This document shows positions 48,860-60,934 of a DNA stretch of 64,000 nucleotides, piece after piece. The DNA is from Mustelus asterias (lineage: Eukaryota), in the NCBI RefSeq assembly GCF_964213995.1, contig NC_135804.1, positions 47,678,001 to 47,742,000 of the forward strand. The letters run 5' to 3'. The notes beneath the pieces were generated by a model. The model was not told where the DNA came from. It was given only the letters and a program-made list of their open reading frames with translations, and made no database searches. Made by a program: the position numbers and the translations under genes. Each line of letters starts with the position of its first letter. Position 1 is the first letter of the stretch.

Positions 48860-50830
48860 AGAAATACAAGTAAAAGCACGAGTAGTCATATGGTTCCTCA
48901 AGCTTGCTCTGTAATTTAATAATAGCTGACTCTGGAACTCAGTTCCACTTTCCCACCCAATTCCCATATCCTTCGATCTCCTTCCAAGTCAAAAATCTAT
49001 TGATCACAGCAGCAAGTGAAGAGGGCACTTTGCAGAGCACATACCTCCACCATGCTGTGCTGACACAGCAATACAATTATGCAGCTCTTTCTTGAGGCTT
49101 TTCTTACCCTGGTTGATGGTCTGTACCTTCAAATCTGAAAAATAAATCTTTTTATTAAAAGCTTCCACCTCACTGTGGACGCTTCACGTCAATCCAGATC
49201 CAACATCCTGCAATGAAAACTTTGCTCATATTTTGACAGCTCTGACAAATTCCACAACATTCTAAAGTGATCAATAACTTTCCAAATAAAACCATCCATA
49301 AGATTCTCCATCTCTCAATGTTAACTTATCCTTTAAAGAATCCGGACCTGGATCCCACAAGTAACTGCTTGCTGACCTGAAAAATTATTCAACTTTTTTC
49401 TACTTTCTTCTCTGTTTCTAACTAATCTTCTGTTTTCCCCAACTCCACAAGCCTTTATCTTGTGCAACAACTTCGTGTGGCGCCTTGCAAAAAAACCAAA
49501 TAAACTACATCTACTTTTTCTATTTATATACGTTTCTAGTTATTTACATAAAAATTCCAATAGGTTTTTCATACACAATTTCCTTTCTATAAAACCCTGT
49601 TGACTCATATAATTAAACAAGATGCCCAGTTACTACAGGCTTATTAAATTATTCCAGCAATTTCCCAACAACTGATGACATGCTAACAACTGGCCAGTAG
49701 TTCCCCATTTGATCTTTCCTTCCTTTTGTAAACAGCAATGTTACATTTGTTATCTTCCAATCCACTGGGATGATTCCAGAAACCAGGGTTTTTGGAAGAT
49801 GACAACCAGTATATCCACTATCTCTCCAGCTACTTCTTTTCAAAGCCTAGAATGCAGGCTGTCATGACCAGGGGATTTGTCAGCTTTCAATCCCATTTTC
49901 TCCAAAAATTAATTAGTATTTATATAATATAAATTTTAAAAAGTAAAGCTCCTTACTGGCATTTGACCCTTTTCCAGTATTCAGATACATCTTTGTGTCT
50001 TCTCTTGTCATGTCTGCCATTTCCTTTCTCCGCCACTATTATTTCTTCTGTCTCAACCTCTAACTTTTTCTTTCTTTTTCTATGCCTATAGAAACTCTTA
50101 ATTTGTTTTTATATTTCTGATTGGTTTACTATTTTCTCCATCTTTATTATTTCTTTGGTCAACCTTTGCTGGTATCTAAAAACTTTCACATCCTCATGCT
50201 GACTACTCTTCTTGGCAATGTTATAAGCTTCCTTTAATCCAAAACTATCCTTAGCCTTTTTAGTTCGCCACTGATGGATTTATTTTCCCACGGAGCTTTT
50301 ACTTTCCAATGAAATGTGGATTCATTAAGCATTACAAAACATTTCTTTAAATGTTTGTCATTGCTCACTACCATAAAAACCTTTAGATATACCTCAACCA
50401 ATTTGTGTCCCCAACACTTGTATAATTGGTTTTACTTCGGGGCAGCACTGTGCCACAGTGGTTAGCACTGCTGCCTCACAGCGTCAGGGGCCCGGGTTCG
50501 ATTCCCGGCTTGGGTCACAGTCTGTGTGGGGATTTTTACAGTAACTTCAAAGCCTACGTGTGATACTAATAAAATGAGTACTCTAGTTTTAGACTTGGGT
50601 ATGTCACTCTCAAGCTCAATGCGAAATGTATCATATTAAGAGGATCCCTTACTATATTATTAATTAACCCCATCACATTATACAAGATCGGAAATGCCTC
50701 TTCCCTTGTTCTAAGTGTCATGAATACATTCAATGAACTCATCCTCCAAACCATTTTCGATTTGATTTGTCCAGTCTATATTAAGATTAAAGGCTCCCAC
50801 AATTATTGCATTGTCTTTGTTCCTTGTGCC
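48860..50830 (-). mobile_element. Old, heavily deleted CR1
   Basis: ORF 49649-49843 IPVDWKITNVTLLFTKG..GNYWPV..SVVGKLLE. Confidence 0.75.
50439..50574 (+). mobile_element. Internally deleted V-SINE (head plus Rex1-like tail)
   Basis: Box A-like TGCCACAGTGG and box B GGTTCGATTCC, then jumps from TCTGTGTGG to GGATTTTTACAGTAACTTCA. Confidence 0.85.
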
Positions 50831-50880
50831 TTGTGACTAATTATTTGGTATTGTTACTGTTGCAGCCTATAAACTAGGTA

Positions 50881-51005
50881 TTCACTTGACAAGGGAGCAG
50901 CACTCTGAAAGCTTGTGATTTCAAATAAACCTGTTGGACTATAAACTCGTGTCATGTGACTTCTCACCTTGTCCACCCCAGTCCAACACTGGCATCTCCA
51001 CATCA
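50881..51005 (+). mobile_element. Second Penelope-like family, pseudo-LTR end with decayed hammerhead
   Basis: TCAC-TTGACAA-GGGAGCAGCACTCT-GAAA-GCTT-GTGA followed by AATAAA. Confidence 0.7.
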
Positions 51006-51039
51006 CTGTCAACATCGACATCTTAAAAAACAAAATATG

Positions 51040-52140
51040 GCACAAAAGGATAAGAAACTATCGCTCAAATAATGAAAAATATGGTCAAAGTTTTAAGCAG
51101 TGTATTAAAGGAAGGCAAGGTAGAAAGCCGGAGAGATTTAGGGAGGGAATTCCAGAGTTTAGGGCCTTGGCAATTGAAGGATGGAAACCAATGGTGGAGT
51201 AATTATAATCTGGGGTATTAAAGATACCAGAATTAGAGGAGAGCAGATATTATGGGATGTTGTGGGGCTAGAGGACATCAGAGAAATAGGGAAGGTGAGG
51301 ACATGGAGAGGTTTGAAAATAAGGATGAGAATTTTAAAATTAAAATGCTGCCTGACCAGGAACCAATGTAGGTCAGCAGCACAAGGATGATAGGGGAATG
51401 GGATTCGCTGCGAGTTACACCATGAGTAGCAGAGTTTTGGATGACTTCAAGTTTACAGAAGGTATAATATGGGAGACCAGCCAGGAGTACATTGGAATAG
51501 TCAAGACTAAAAGGTAACAAAGGCACAATTGACAGTTTCAACTGAAACAGGGGCCAAGTTACAGAGGTGGAGAGAGATGATCATGCTGATGGCACAAATA
51601 TGAGGTTGGAAGCTCATCTGTGTCAAATGTGACACCAAGGCTGTGAACAGACTGTCTTATTCTCAGACAACTGCCAGGGATGGAGTCGTAGCTAGGAAAC
51701 AGAGTTGGATGCATTGACTGCAAACAATGACTACAGCCTTCCCAATATTTAATTGGAGGAAATTTCTGTTCATCCAGTTCTGGATGTCAGATAAGCAATT
51801 TGATAATTTAGCAACAGTGGATGAGTTAAGAGAGATGGTAGGGAGGTAGAGCTGGGTGTTGTCAGCATACATGTGAAAACTATCACTGTGCTTATGGATG
51901 ATGTTGCCAAAGGGCAGCATGTAGATGATAAACAAGAGAGAGAGACAACAGAGGTAATAGTGCAGGAGCAGGAAAAGAAGCTATTGCATGTGATTATCTG
52001 ACTCTGATTAGATAGTTATCCAAGGAACCAAGTGGAACCAGCTATATCCAGCAGGGCAGCAGTGGAGAGGCATTGGAGCGGATAGCGAGGTCAACTATAT
52101 CAAAGGCTGCAGATAGGTTGATAAGGATGAGGAGGGAGAG
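51040..52140 (-). mobile_element. L2 LINE RT fragment
   Basis: FIIYMLPFGNII..FHMYADNTQLYL..CLSDIQNWM..NFLQLN; LDYSNVLLAGLP..LEVIQNSA. Confidence 0.9.
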
Positions 52141-53889
52141 CTTACCTCTATCTATATAAACCTTTATCTCTGTGTGCCATTAGTTTATCTTATGAATGCT
52201 TTGTGTATTAAGATAAAACACAACAATGTTAAAACTTTCTACCATTTTCCTTGATTTGACCTTATTCACTGATGCACTATCACCATTTTTCTACCCCTCC
52301 ATGTCACACTCTGCTCATCTTCACCCAAAACACAACAATACTGAGGCCTTGACATTTCTCTTCAGATTTATAAATTTCTCCAGACTTGAACTCTGACCCC
52401 CCTCACATTTTAGTTTAAAGCTGCACCTAAAGTTTCAGTACACAACTCCAGTGGAGTACATCCCAATTTTGTGCTTTCAATGAGCAATTCTGTGCGAAGG
52501 TTAATTGCAGTCTACGTTAGGAATGGTCAAATTATTTCACTTCAAGGCCTCACTGACAGTACAATGTGGATACGTTTATCCCATCAATCTAGCTGGATAC
52601 AAGCCCAGGTACTGAAGGCCCACAATCCAAACCACTGAATCTGCATTCCAACTTTAAAAAATAACAAAAAGGCATTTATATAATGTCACACCTTGGCAGC
52701 ACTGGTCAATCAGACAAGCAAATAGTATTTTGACCATTGACAATTTGACTAAACCATATTTTCAGTTCACCTCAAGTTTCACTTTACTGGTATAGGATGA
52801 GATTTTATTTAAATTGCAGAATCTCTCATTTCAGCAAGGCAAATAATACACAAATAGTGGCACAGTAAAATAGTCTGCTATACACCCGATAGACTATGTC
52901 AAATGCTGGAGTCAGCGAGATGGATTCAATTTAAAAAAACAGAACGGAAGACTACTGTGCACAAATAAGCCACATTTCCCTTTTTTTCAGTGCATAGTAT
53001 GCCTGCCAAAAGCATTTAAAGACAGCATCCGTCCTTCCTTTCCAGATGGAACAAAATCACATCCACTTCATGCTTATTCAGACAGGAACGCTCCCCAAAG
53101 GTTTTAATCGAAAATTCATCAAAATAGATAAATGTAAAACACATTTGCTTTCAAGAGATCAACTCTATTTCCTGTTAATAAAGGATTATTAAATTATAAG
53201 TGCCATTAAGTTGAAGGAATTGTGTACTTTCCTCCCTGTTTGAAGTCACAGTTAACTTATCAAACATCAATCTTTCTGCTGACACATTAAATATTACGTA
53301 AAGACACAAATTAATAAAACACAAGGTTGTTCTACTTTTCCAAAATATATGGTGCTTGACAGGTAATTTATTTGATCAGTCCACAATTTCTATTCTACGC
53401 TATCCTGGAGGAAGAATTTTTATGTTGATAAATAGGAATTACAATAAATAAAGATTCATTTGATGATTCAGGGCCAGTTCTTTTAATTGCAGATCTCAGT
53501 TTTCAAAACGTAGCTTTCTGCAGCAGTCACATAGACATCGTCTCTGATGTATTGCCTAAAACAGTCTCAGTAAATACCAAACCTCCTGATTAGTCACTGG
53601 CCTGCATGGCTTTGACTGATTTGGAGTTCAACAAGACATCAAATTTCTTCAAAGCTGGGCCTAACTCAATGACAATATTACCTGACAGTTATTAAGTAGC
53701 CAAATGTCAATTTCTCAATCTAGTGTTTGCACTCTCTTAGGAAGCTACAATCTCAGTTCTGCATCTCATACGTCGCATACTGTCATTCTCCCAAAAAGCG
53801 AGATGTCGTGCTCAGAGGCTTTAAAAAATGCGGAGTGTAAAGTATTTATTTAATATTGGACCACAAGATTGAAAGTATCACACAAGTCA

Positions 53890-54410
53890 CCAGACCCTAG
53901 ATTCTGCAGTCCCATCATATTGGAAAACTGCAAATGTAACACTTCTATGCAAGAAAGGAGCGAGTCAGAATGCAGGAAACTATAGGCCAGCCAGTTTAAT
54001 AGCAGTCATTTGGAAAATGCTAGATTGCGTTATTAAGGAGGTGCTGGTAATAGGATATTTAGAAAAGTATAACGCAATCCGGCTAAGTCAACATTCTCCT
54101 GTGAGAGGAACATCATGTTTGACAAATTTATTAGCGTTCTTTGGGCATGCAACAAGCAGGGTGGATAATAGGGTGAGAACGGATTTGTGTATTTGGTTTT
54201 CCAAAAGACATTCGTTAAGATGCCAGATCAAAGGTTACTACACAAGCTAAGAATTCATGGCCATTAGGGTGACAATATTAGCATGGATAGACTATTGTGT
54301 AGCGAACAGGAAACAGAGGGGCAGGATAAATGGATCATTTTTAGTTTGGCAAACTATAACACGTGGTGTGCCACTGGGATCAGTGCTGGGGCCTCAACAA
54401 TTTACTATCT
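53890..54410 (+). mobile_element. Old CR1 RT fragment
   Basis: SCLTNLLAFF; ggtgtgccactgggatcagtgctggggcctcaa. Confidence 0.8.
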
Positions 54411-54419
54411 AGTGGTTTG

Positions 54420-54960
54420 GACATACCAAATTTAAGTATTTGCTAAAAAAAGTCAGAACTTTTCGTCTTGCACTCATCAGGACACACAGCAGGAATACCA
54501 GTATAAAGGGAAAATGACAATTTATACCGTATGAGTAAAAAATACTGATTGATTGGCAAGTGAACTCTGATTGGTAGAGGCATCGCCATGGAGAATGCAC
54601 CAGGTGACTGACAGTTAACTACTAAGCATTGTTTGAAATTTAAACAAGGCAGCTTGACCCCGAATGGTCAAGGCATTACCCTAAAGAATGGGTCAGCGAA
54701 TAGCTCACTTATTTTGTTTCGCTGAAACTAGCACAATATTTGTACATGTTCTGTCTGCAAAGAAGAGCTCTGTGTATTAATTTACGTAGCCTCCAGTACA
54801 CACATAAGTGCCGCACTGCAAACCTGACTGAAAATCTTAATTGGCAATCAGTGTAATTTTTAGCACACTGGAGGATTATTTAGTAAATGTTGTCCCAATC
54901 ACAAAATCACTTCTAATGTTGGACACTTGGTTGACTGGGCACTTTTCAGGGCCAAAAGTG
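54420..54960 (-). mobile_element. Third Penelope-like family: GIY-YIG C-terminal remnant plus pseudo-LTR
   Basis: Frameshifted GQHLLNNP..CAKNYTD..HLCVLEA..LCRQ on the minus strand, followed by a hammerhead core. Confidence 0.75.
54452..54484 (-). ncRNA. Minimal hammerhead ribozyme motif
   Basis: GUC-CUGAUGA-GU-GCAAG-AC-GAAA-AGUUC-U-GAC; core intact, stem III region irregular. Confidence 0.6.
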
Positions 54961-55096
54961 ACAGCCTTTGGCCCATGCATGTGTATGAATGATATAGTGT
55001 GAAGTGATCTGCTCAGAGTAGCCATTATCCCACAGGATGCCTTTGATGTGCCCTATTTCAGCACTGAAGCGAGCCGTTTCATATATTTTTTCCCTT

Positions 55097-55468
55097 TATT
55101 TTTGGATTGTTGGCGAGGCCAGTATTTGTTGCCCATCCTTGAACCGAGTGGCTTGCTGGGTCATTTCAGATGCCAGTTAAAAGTCAGCCACATTGCTGTG
55201 GGTCTGGAGTCACATGTAGACCAGGTAAGGATGGCAGATTTCCTTCCCTAAAACTGACAGTAGTGAACCAGATGGGTCTTTGTTTTACAACAATCAATGA
55301 TAGTTTCATGGTCAACATTACTGAGACTAGCTTTATATCCCAAATTAATAACTTGAATTTAAATTCCACCAGCTGCTGTGGTGAGATTTGAATCCATGTC
55401 CCCAGAGCATTACACTGGGCCTCTGGATTAATAATCCAGTGATATTACCACTGTACCACCATCTCCCC
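55097..55468 (-). mobile_element. tRNA-headed SINE (neither V nor Deu type)
   Basis: Box A TGGTACAGTGG (55448-55458), box B GGATTCAAATC (55385-55395), stem CTGGA/TCCAG; body shared with 63600-63865. Confidence 0.8.
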
Positions 55469-55744
55469 AAATATTTGAAACAACCAAAGGCAGGATTACT
55501 TACCTTTATGTACTAGGCATCTGACTTTGGCCCCCTCTTGTGGGCAGGCATTATGTATGTTGCTTTACATAAAAATGGGACAATACCAGTTGACTGGGAC
55601 AATAATTGGGGTAGAGTTTCCGTCTCTGAAGGACTTTCACAAATTATTTCAATACCTGTTTCCAGGACCATATATTCCAAATATTTATATCTTTTTGCAC
55701 GAGTGCAGAGTGCAAATGCCATCACCATCATCGAGACTCACTTT

Positions 55745-56033
55745 GGGGTGACACAGTGGTTAGCACTGCTGCCTCACAACGCCAGGGACTTGGGTTCAAC
55801 TCCTGGCTTGGGTCACTATCTGTGTGGAGTTTGCATGTTCTCCCCATGTCAGCGTGGGTTTCCTCCGGGTGCTCCGGTTCTTTCAGACTGTGGGAGGAAA
55901 AGCTTGGCCGTGCTAAACTCTCCCTCAGTGTACCCGGACAGGTGCCAGAATGGCGACTGGGGATTTTCACAGTAACTTCATTACAGTGTTAATGTAAGCC
56001 TACTTGTGACACTAATAAATAAACTTAAACTTT
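55745..56033 (+). mobile_element. V-SINE, Rex1-like tail type
   Basis: Boxes A and B, V-domain, tail TACTTGTGACACTAATAAATAAACTTAAACTTT. Confidence 0.93.
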
Positions 56034-56591
56034 CGTTTGTTACATCCATCCTCAGTGATATATATTTTATCCCGACAAGACATTTACATAAGCACATACA
56101 TTTTTAATTTCAGAACAATGAAAATGTGGGTTTGCTCATTTTTGTTTAGTAAAGAATTTCTCGAACAATAAAAATACATTTTCCATCAATTGCATATAGA
56201 GAAGTCAAAAATTTTCTCAAGCTTACTGCAGGGCAAATCTCCACTTGTCTTTTTATGACTTTGATAATGCTGTTTATAGGGGGAACAATTTAAAACAGGA
56301 CACATCAGTTCTAAAATCCATAAAAATAGAACCTTTTCATCTGATAATTGAAGGAAAAGTACAGCAGGTGCAGGAAATCCATGGTAATAGTCACAACGGG
56401 ATTGTAGGCACAATGCCTATAGAATATGTTTCCATCTCAAACACCAAGAGCGCAAGACAGCAACCTTTGCTTGGAACCCTCTTTCTCTGAGCATTGTTCA
56501 TCTTTCATATAATTTGGGGACAGGCCTGTCAGTCTCCGGGAATAGATCACCGAGACACAGATCCTTCTAGAGTTTCAAACTCTGAAAACAT

Positions 56592-56850
56592 AACTTGCAT
56601 TTATATAGCACTTTTAGTGTAGGAAAATGTCTCAAGGTACTTCACAAGGGTGATTATCAAACAAAATTTGATACAAAGAGATATTAGGACAGATGATCAA
56701 ACGTTTGCTCAGAAAGGTATGTTTTTAAGAAATGTTTTAAAGGAACAGAAAGTAGAAGAGCAATGGAGAGGTTTAGAAAAGTGATTCCAGAGTTTAGGGC
56801 CTTGACAACTGAAGGTACATCTGCCAGCGCTGGAGTAACAGGATGGAAGT
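56592..56850 (-). mobile_element. L2 3' end
   Basis: aacttgcatttatatagcac tail; FSCQGPKLWN..L..FKTFLK. Confidence 0.8.
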
Positions 56851-57062
56851 TCACACAATGCGCTATATTTTTTGATTCTTCCAGAAAACAGCCTGTCTGG
56901 GGCTGGGTGAATGGTGTTTTGAATCAGGCAGGCTGAATGGGAAAAGGTGTTCTCTTGTCCTTCTGAAACAAACAGCACTGTGGACGACAACAAAAGGGAA
57001 ACCTGATTAGATCTGGAGGGAGAGAGGAAAACTCAATCGGAACAAGGCGGAGGTAGGATCTC

Positions 57063-57216
57063 AGAAAATGCTGGAAAATCTCAGCAGGTCTGACAGCATC
57101 TGTGGGGAGAGAAGAGAGTCAACGTTGAGTCCAGGTGACCCTTTGTCAGAGATTTTCCAGCATTTTCTGTTATTGTTTCAGATTCCAGCATCTGCAGTAT
57201 TTTGCTTTAATATTAT
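57063..57216. mobile_element. Partially palindromic Penelope-like element
   Basis: AGAAAATGCTGGAAAATCTC ... GAGATTTTCCAGCATTTTCT. Confidence 0.85.
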
Positions 57217-57330
57217 AGGTATGATCTCACCTGGAGTACTGCATACAAACCTATGGTAAATAGTGAAATGTTATGCACAGTAACTAGCGAATTAGCACTG
57301 TAAACCAGCGTCTAAGAATATGCATTGCTG

Positions 57331-57392
57331 AAAGTTTAAGTTTATTTATTAGTGTCACAAGTAGGCTTACTGCAATGAAGTTACTGTGAAAA
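57331..57392 (-). mobile_element. 5'-truncated SINE tail (Rex1-like type)
   Basis: Only the terminal 60 bp or so is present. Confidence 0.85.
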
Positions 57393-57481
57393 AAAAGGAA
57401 AATCAAAATAAGAAGGACTGAGGAAAAAATTCCCAGGGAAGAGGTAATTCAAGATTCTTAAGAGAATAGGTAAATTGTCAA

Positions 57482-58276
57482 TGGGTGCAATATTCCCCAA
57501 AAAATTCGAAGTGTCATAAAAGTCTGAAGATGGGAGTGTCCCATACCGCTTTGTGTTCCATACTGGCTTTTTGGGCAAGTTCAGCATTGCAATCTTCCCA
57601 CACTCCTTGTCAGTTTTTCTGACAGCTGGGAGATTTACACCATTTTGGGGGGTGGGGGGGTGCAGAAAAAGTCTAAGTACATTGGGGAAGCCAACTGCAG
57701 AGCGCTCTGGTGACATTGCGCAGGGCTCCAATTCCCCCCTCATCCCAATAGACATCAGACCTTCCACCCCCATTATCGGCAACGTTCTCTCCCACACCAA
57801 CTAGGACCCTCTTGATCAGTCCCCTGGCAATCCCCTATGCACCCCTCCCCCCCACCCTGCAAAGCACATAAGCCCCCCTTCATTGTGCCTATCCACTCCT
57901 CCCCCTGGTCATAGCCCCAACCTCATTTAGGCCCCACCACACCCATGGTGCCTAAGTGGGCACTGCCAAATGCGCATGGCCCAGCAATGCCCTCAACCAC
58001 CCGGGGACTTCAAATGACCTCCAATCGCCCGAACATGGCCATGACACCTAGTCTCTGTTGGCAGAAGGGGAAAATTCCAGGCCAGAAGATGCAGGTATGC
58101 TCTTTTAACTTTCGCTGATCGACTTTGCATCCTTTCTGGGCAAGAAGCCTATCTTGCTGGCAAAACAGGGGCAGCAGATTAGCAATCAACCCAAATCAAA
58201 TTTGTATCCTCTCCCGTGACCTTCCCGGCTCGCCACGCTGATTGACTGGTGCGGTGAGCGAGTAAGATGGTGCCCA
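57482..58276. mobile_element. GC-rich MITE (Harbinger-like)
   Basis: Imperfect TIR TGGGTGCAATATT / AAGATGGTGCCCA; C-rich interior. Confidence 0.55.
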
Positions 58277-59719
58277 GTACGTTCAACATTGTATCTCTGA
58301 AACTTAAGTCATTGTTGCATTTTGTAAAGAGCAAAGATGAATCAGCAGTTTATACCAACATATTTCCCAAAGGGAGTTGTGACGGTGTGGACCAAATTAT
58401 CCTGAGGCAAAGGTGATGGACAAGTGCAGGAAAAGTTAAAGAATAGGTATTAGAGGAATTATTTTTGGGGCTGACCGGCTGGGCTGCTTACTCACTTCTA
58501 GTCCCATACTTGCCAATGTTCCTCTCTGTTCTTTCTCTAAACTCACACAAGTTCTAACAGAGTTATACTTGAAACTCTGATGGACAAGTGCTGCAAATAA
58601 AACAATCTCATCAGATCAGAATTCATGGATGGATAGAATAACCAGACATCATAAAAAGCCAACTTCTTTTATTTGACATTTTCATATTTCAAATGACTTT
58701 CACTCAATGCTAAATAATTCACCTGTTTTCAGAGTTACAAACCATCATATCGTCTTTAATAAACATTTTGAGGATAACATCTGGTTACTGTGCTGTAGTG
58801 AAAGAGAGACTCTAATTCAAAGGGGGAATTACTTAGAAATAAAAATACCAGGGAATATATTCCCCTGAAAGACTGGCTTACAACCATGACACTTGAGAAC
58901 TGTGAACTCAAAAGACAAGTTCCACCACAGTGTCACTTTCTGAACGCAGAGCCTCAGCCGTCCATGAAAATTCCACTAGTTCTGCCTTCTGAAGTGCCAC
59001 GTGTGAGGCACAGATTGTTATATCTCAGTGATCCATCGCCTTTTCAAAACATTCAGACCAACAAGGGAGCAGCACAAGAAGTGAATTTTTCAACTCTAAA
59101 ACTTAACTGAAATCAGATTTGCAGCCCTCTCCCCTGCAGAGCTGGGGAGGGTGTTTCTCAAATGTCGCCACATCCACAGGCAAGGACCCATTTAAATGAC
59201 CCTATCTCTGGGATTTCAGGCACAGTCAATGGGATGGCAAATGGGCAGAATGCCTGCTTGGGACCAGCCAGCTCAGCATCAACTGGGTAAGAATCTGGTA
59301 CCTTCTTGGTCTGCAGAGGTTTGGCTATTCATTGGTTCAACATGACGACTGGCATTTTACTTTAATTGTGAAGTTCTCCAAACCTCAACAGCAAGTCTCT
59401 GACTACAAAGACAGAACAATTTTGCATCAGCCATTAGAGGGATCATTGTTGAATAATCTAAGAAACGTAATCATTTTTTATCAACTGCTCTCAACATTAT
59501 TAGAAAATTCCCTCAGGACTGAAAATTAAGTCAGTCGATTAGGCAGGTATTCTTTCATTTGATTACTCAAACTATAGACTGCTGAATTTGTCACTGAGTC
59601 GCTATTTCAATATTCTTTCAAGCATGATTAGAAGTTACTGAAGCCCAATTAATCAACAGTAGTGAAATAAATATTATGAAGCATAAACTAATATTTTCAA
59701 GACCAAACATTGCGCGCTT

Positions 59720-60050
59720 GGGTGTCAAGCCTTGGTTCAGTGGTAGCACTCTTGGAGACCCGCCTCACTTGGGAGGCTTTAGTGCAAAATCCAGACTGAC
59801 AATGCGGTGCTGCATTGAGTGAGAGTAGCATTGTTGGAAGTACCATCTTCTCAGGTGGAAACACTATATCACATACACTACTTGAAAAAAAAGAAGGCAA
59901 TTGTTCTTGAGCCTTGACCAATATTCACTGCTTAAATGCCATTAAATTATCTGGTTATTTCATTGCTAATTTTGGGGCCTTCTCATGTGCAAAATTATTT
60001 CTTCACATTACAACAGCCACAGTGCTCCAGAAGTGCTTTTTTGAGATGCC
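59720..60050 (+). mobile_element. Deu-domain SINE, old
   Basis: cttggttcagtggtagcactct head; ttatctggttatt..cattgct..tgtgcaaa core. Confidence 0.7.
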
Positions 60051-60934
60051 CCAAAGTCCCTCTTTAACATTAGTTTCATGAATTTTCAAATTGAATATTT
60101 AGATTTTAGAATCAGGACAGGGGCTTTGACCAGGACGACAGGGGTCATGGGCGTTCCTTGCTTCGGCAATTGCAAAGCACTTATGGCACAAGTGCCTGTG
60201 TTGACAGCCCTGAAAACATAATTACAACTGAAGAAATTATCTTACTTCAGCTGCCCAAGACTCAGAAGTGCTTTGGTGCAAATAGAGACATAATTAGTGT
60301 CATGAAATGACCAGACCAAATAATACCTGTGGAGATGGAAACTTGGACTGACAAGCAATTCAAACACTATACTTACCTTAGTTTCAATTACAGACTGAGA
60401 AGCTTAATGCAAAAGCAACAGAAGTCAAAGAGCTAATGTTTTATGTAATAAGAAGCAACGTGCATGCCTACCAGCATCTAATGGATGCCCGAATTATGGA
60501 GGACACTTGCAACAATGCAATCTATATTAATATACCTGGAAATAAAACATCTTCAAGTTCAGAACCACTATATTTTAGACGGCTTCAGGTCATCATCTGT
60601 CTCTCCATTAGTTTTAACTAATTTATGAGAAATAGATTCTAGGAATAAAAAAGCTGAGAGTCATATTTAAAAAGAAATTAGATCACGTTGTTTAATATTT
60701 AGTAAACTGCCTTCAGCTGCTGGAGCTGAATTTCTCCATTGTACAAAATAAGTGAACTGTTGTGTGTTTAATTTGCGTAAAAACACTGCTGTTACATGAC
60801 TTGCTTCCTAGAATGGTTGGAATGGCATGGCACAGTCAATCAAAACAATCCGAATGCACTTTAAAAAGGCACAAAGTTCAGACGGCTTTATAATCATGAA
60901 TGAGATCACAGACCTCCAGAAATTTAAATGACAT

